Positions 61,761 through 64,000 of a DNA stretch of 64,000 nt are shown here, in pieces. The translations under genes and the position numbers were made by a program. The DNA is from Chiloscyllium plagiosum. Lineage: Eukaryota. The stretch covers positions 26,997,157-27,061,156 of the forward strand of contig NC_057716.1 of NCBI RefSeq assembly GCF_004010195.1, given 5' to 3'. The notes beneath the pieces were generated by a model that was not told the origin of the DNA, searched no databases, and was given only the letters and a program-made list of their open reading frames with translations. Position 1 is the stretch's first letter; each line of letters begins with the position of its first letter.

Positions 61761-64000
61761 GTCGACGTACATGGATCTGCCGTCAATTAATGCCCCACTT
61801 CTCCCCAGGAAGGAGCTCGCGGACATACACTCCTGTCAAGATGACAAGGAGACCATTGGGACCAGAGAGGAGTTGCCCAGCACCGATAACGAATCCATCA
61901 GATCAGCACACTTGATGGTTGGGAAGAATGCAGCAGTTTGCAGTCGGGCTAAAGCCAGTGTATCATCTCCAATGCCTATTGGCGCTTCACTGATTCACAA
62001 AGATGCCACTATTAAAGAAACAGTGTATGGCGAGCATGTGATTGACATCAGCTCCCCTACACCTAAAGGCATACGCAGGGCTGCTTTTTTAGGTGTGAGT
62101 GAGGGTATCCTGTCATACGGTAAAGTGGATCGGCATGGACATCGTATCGGTTTAGGTCTGTACCGACCTACGCCAAGGAAGGGAATAAAGGACCACGATA
62201 AGACTGTGGCTGTCATCCAACCCAGATGCGAGCAACGTGAAAACTGGAGTCCTGCTCAAATGAACTTTCCTAACGTCTCCTCAGGGCCAGCTTTGCGGTT
62301 TTCCAGGTTGCACAATGTTAACTCTCAGGGCACAGTAGCAGGGTCTCCTCTTCCTCAACTCAGGGACTACACCGGGGCCAGCAGCCCACGCTGCGCGGGT
62401 GGGCCAAGCCAAGCCGAGGAGTGCAGGCCGCAGAACAGGAGCACCGTCACTTGCCTCAGTACCCTCAAAGAGGCGAAAATCGTGGACCGCATAGAGGACC
62501 TGGTCTCCGAGACCATCGAGACAGTCATTCAGAACTACTGCAACAGGCAGGTGTCGCAATCTCAGGAGAGTGACAGTGAGAATTCAGCAGCGGAGGTCAA
62601 AGGGATGCCGACTTATTGTCAGCTCGAGAAGAAAAGGAAAGTGGTAGAGACAGGCCTACAGGGCAGTCTGCCAGGCAGGAAATGGCCTCTTGAAGGAGAG
62701 CACCATCCGGGTGTCACTTTGAACAGTAATGACGCGGTTTGTAATAGACAGGCGGTGAGGGATACAGCGTCTTGCTTCAAGAAAATGCTGTCTTTAAGCC
62801 TATCCAGTGAAAGGAAAGCAGGGGGACAGCAGCCAGCTGCTAGTGAAGATGGCAGTTCTGGTGGCAGCATCTGTTCCCTTGGTAGTCACCTGGGGCACCT
62901 GAAGTCGACCAGCAGCTCCGAGTGGGACACCTCTGTCAAGGTGGAAAAGGACTGCTCGCGGATAGCGAACAAGGACCTGGAGCTCCTGACGGATACCCAG
63001 ATAACCCTCGAAGACAGAGGCTACAAAACCCAGCTGAGCTCCGTCCTGCATTTCCAGCCAGAGGAGTGCGACAAAATGGAAGAGGAGAATCCCGCCCACA
63101 CTGCGAACGGCGTGAAGGTGGAGCAGGTGGAAACCAGGCCGCAGCCCCTCGAAGGCGAGCGGAAGCTCCGGTCGCTGCCATACGTGCCTGCGTCGTTCGC
63201 GGGGAAGACCTGGTCGGAAATCATGGCGGAGGATGACCTGAAGGTGGAGGCGTTGGTCAAGGAGTTCAAGGAGGGGCGATACTTGTGCTACTTCGACAGT
63301 GAATCACTGGCCAACCGCGGAAAGAAGCAACGCAAGAAACACCAGGCCGGCAACAAAGATCCGTCACAGGCCAACTCCAAGGCTTCAGCTGAAACCGCCA
63401 GGGGTTTACCCCAGTTGCAGGAGGGCAACGACGAGGCCGAGCTCGAGCCGGGCCCCTGCAAGCCGGAGCCGGGCAAGAAACCGGGCCTGAGGCACTGCCG
63501 CCTGGCGTCCCGGTGCCAGGTGGTGAAGGTGAGCCATGGTACCCAGACCAGCGAGGCTGGCTACCCAGTGGTCAAGAAGAAGTCACGGAGGGTGGAGCAG
63601 GAGCCTGAGAATGTCTGGGCAGGTGGTGAGGCTGAGGCCGAGGAGAGGCCCGGTGCTAAGGCAAGGCTGTGTTCAGTGAGGCTGCCCAGGGCCTACAGCA
63701 AGATCATGAGCCCGGTGCAGCCGAGGACCGTCATCTACGTGCTGTCATCGCCAGATTTCGCGTCGGCCACACGGGCCGCCTGCCACGAGGGCAAGAGGAC
63801 CTCAAAAGCATCTGATGACGGCGCCAGCCCGGCTAAGTACAAGTACAAGAAGTCACCAGTCAGATACTATGACCCGGCCACCAACAGGATCGTCAAGACG
63901 CCGCCAGGCACCCACCACGTGCGGCAGCTGTTCAGGAGCCTGAGCCCGGATATCAACATGGGACAGTTCACCGAAAAGCCGCGGCTCAAGGCCGCAGGAG
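61761..64000 (+). CDS. ZDBF2: ZDBF2 large exon (open to window end)
   Basis: Acceptor tgctcctcag; in frame with the previous exon and no stop seen to 64000 (so absent from the ORF track); contains LPYVPASFAGKTWSEIMAEDDLKVEALVKEFKEGRYLCYFD, recalled as a conserved ZDBF2 block. Confidence 0.9.

Overview
Vertebrate genomic DNA, very likely a shark (HE1-type tRNA-derived SINEs with (AATCT)n tails and abundant CR1-type LINE fragments). It holds the NDUFS1-EEF1B2-ZDBF2 syntenic block. NDUFS1 exons 1-6 lie on the minus strand and the gene continues off the left edge. A GC-rich bidirectional promoter (~17.6-18.35 kb) separates it from a complete 7-coding-exon EEF1B2 (225 aa, + strand), which hosts an intronic SNORD51 C/D snoRNA. 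A CpG island at ~34.8-35.4 kb precedes ZDBF2 (+ strand, DBF4-type zinc finger, large last exon running off the right edge). No GPR1/CMKLR2 ORF is visible between EEF1B2 and ZDBF2. The most striking non-genic signal is a dense set of Penelope-derived terminal-repeat pieces from at least three families. They carry minimal hammerhead ribozyme cores, often as ~160-280 bp palindromes with target-site duplications, and three cores with intact catalytic residues lie on the NDUFS1 sense strand. Gene identities come from my own translation and recall of vertebrate orthologues. No database search was run, and repeat boundaries are approximate.
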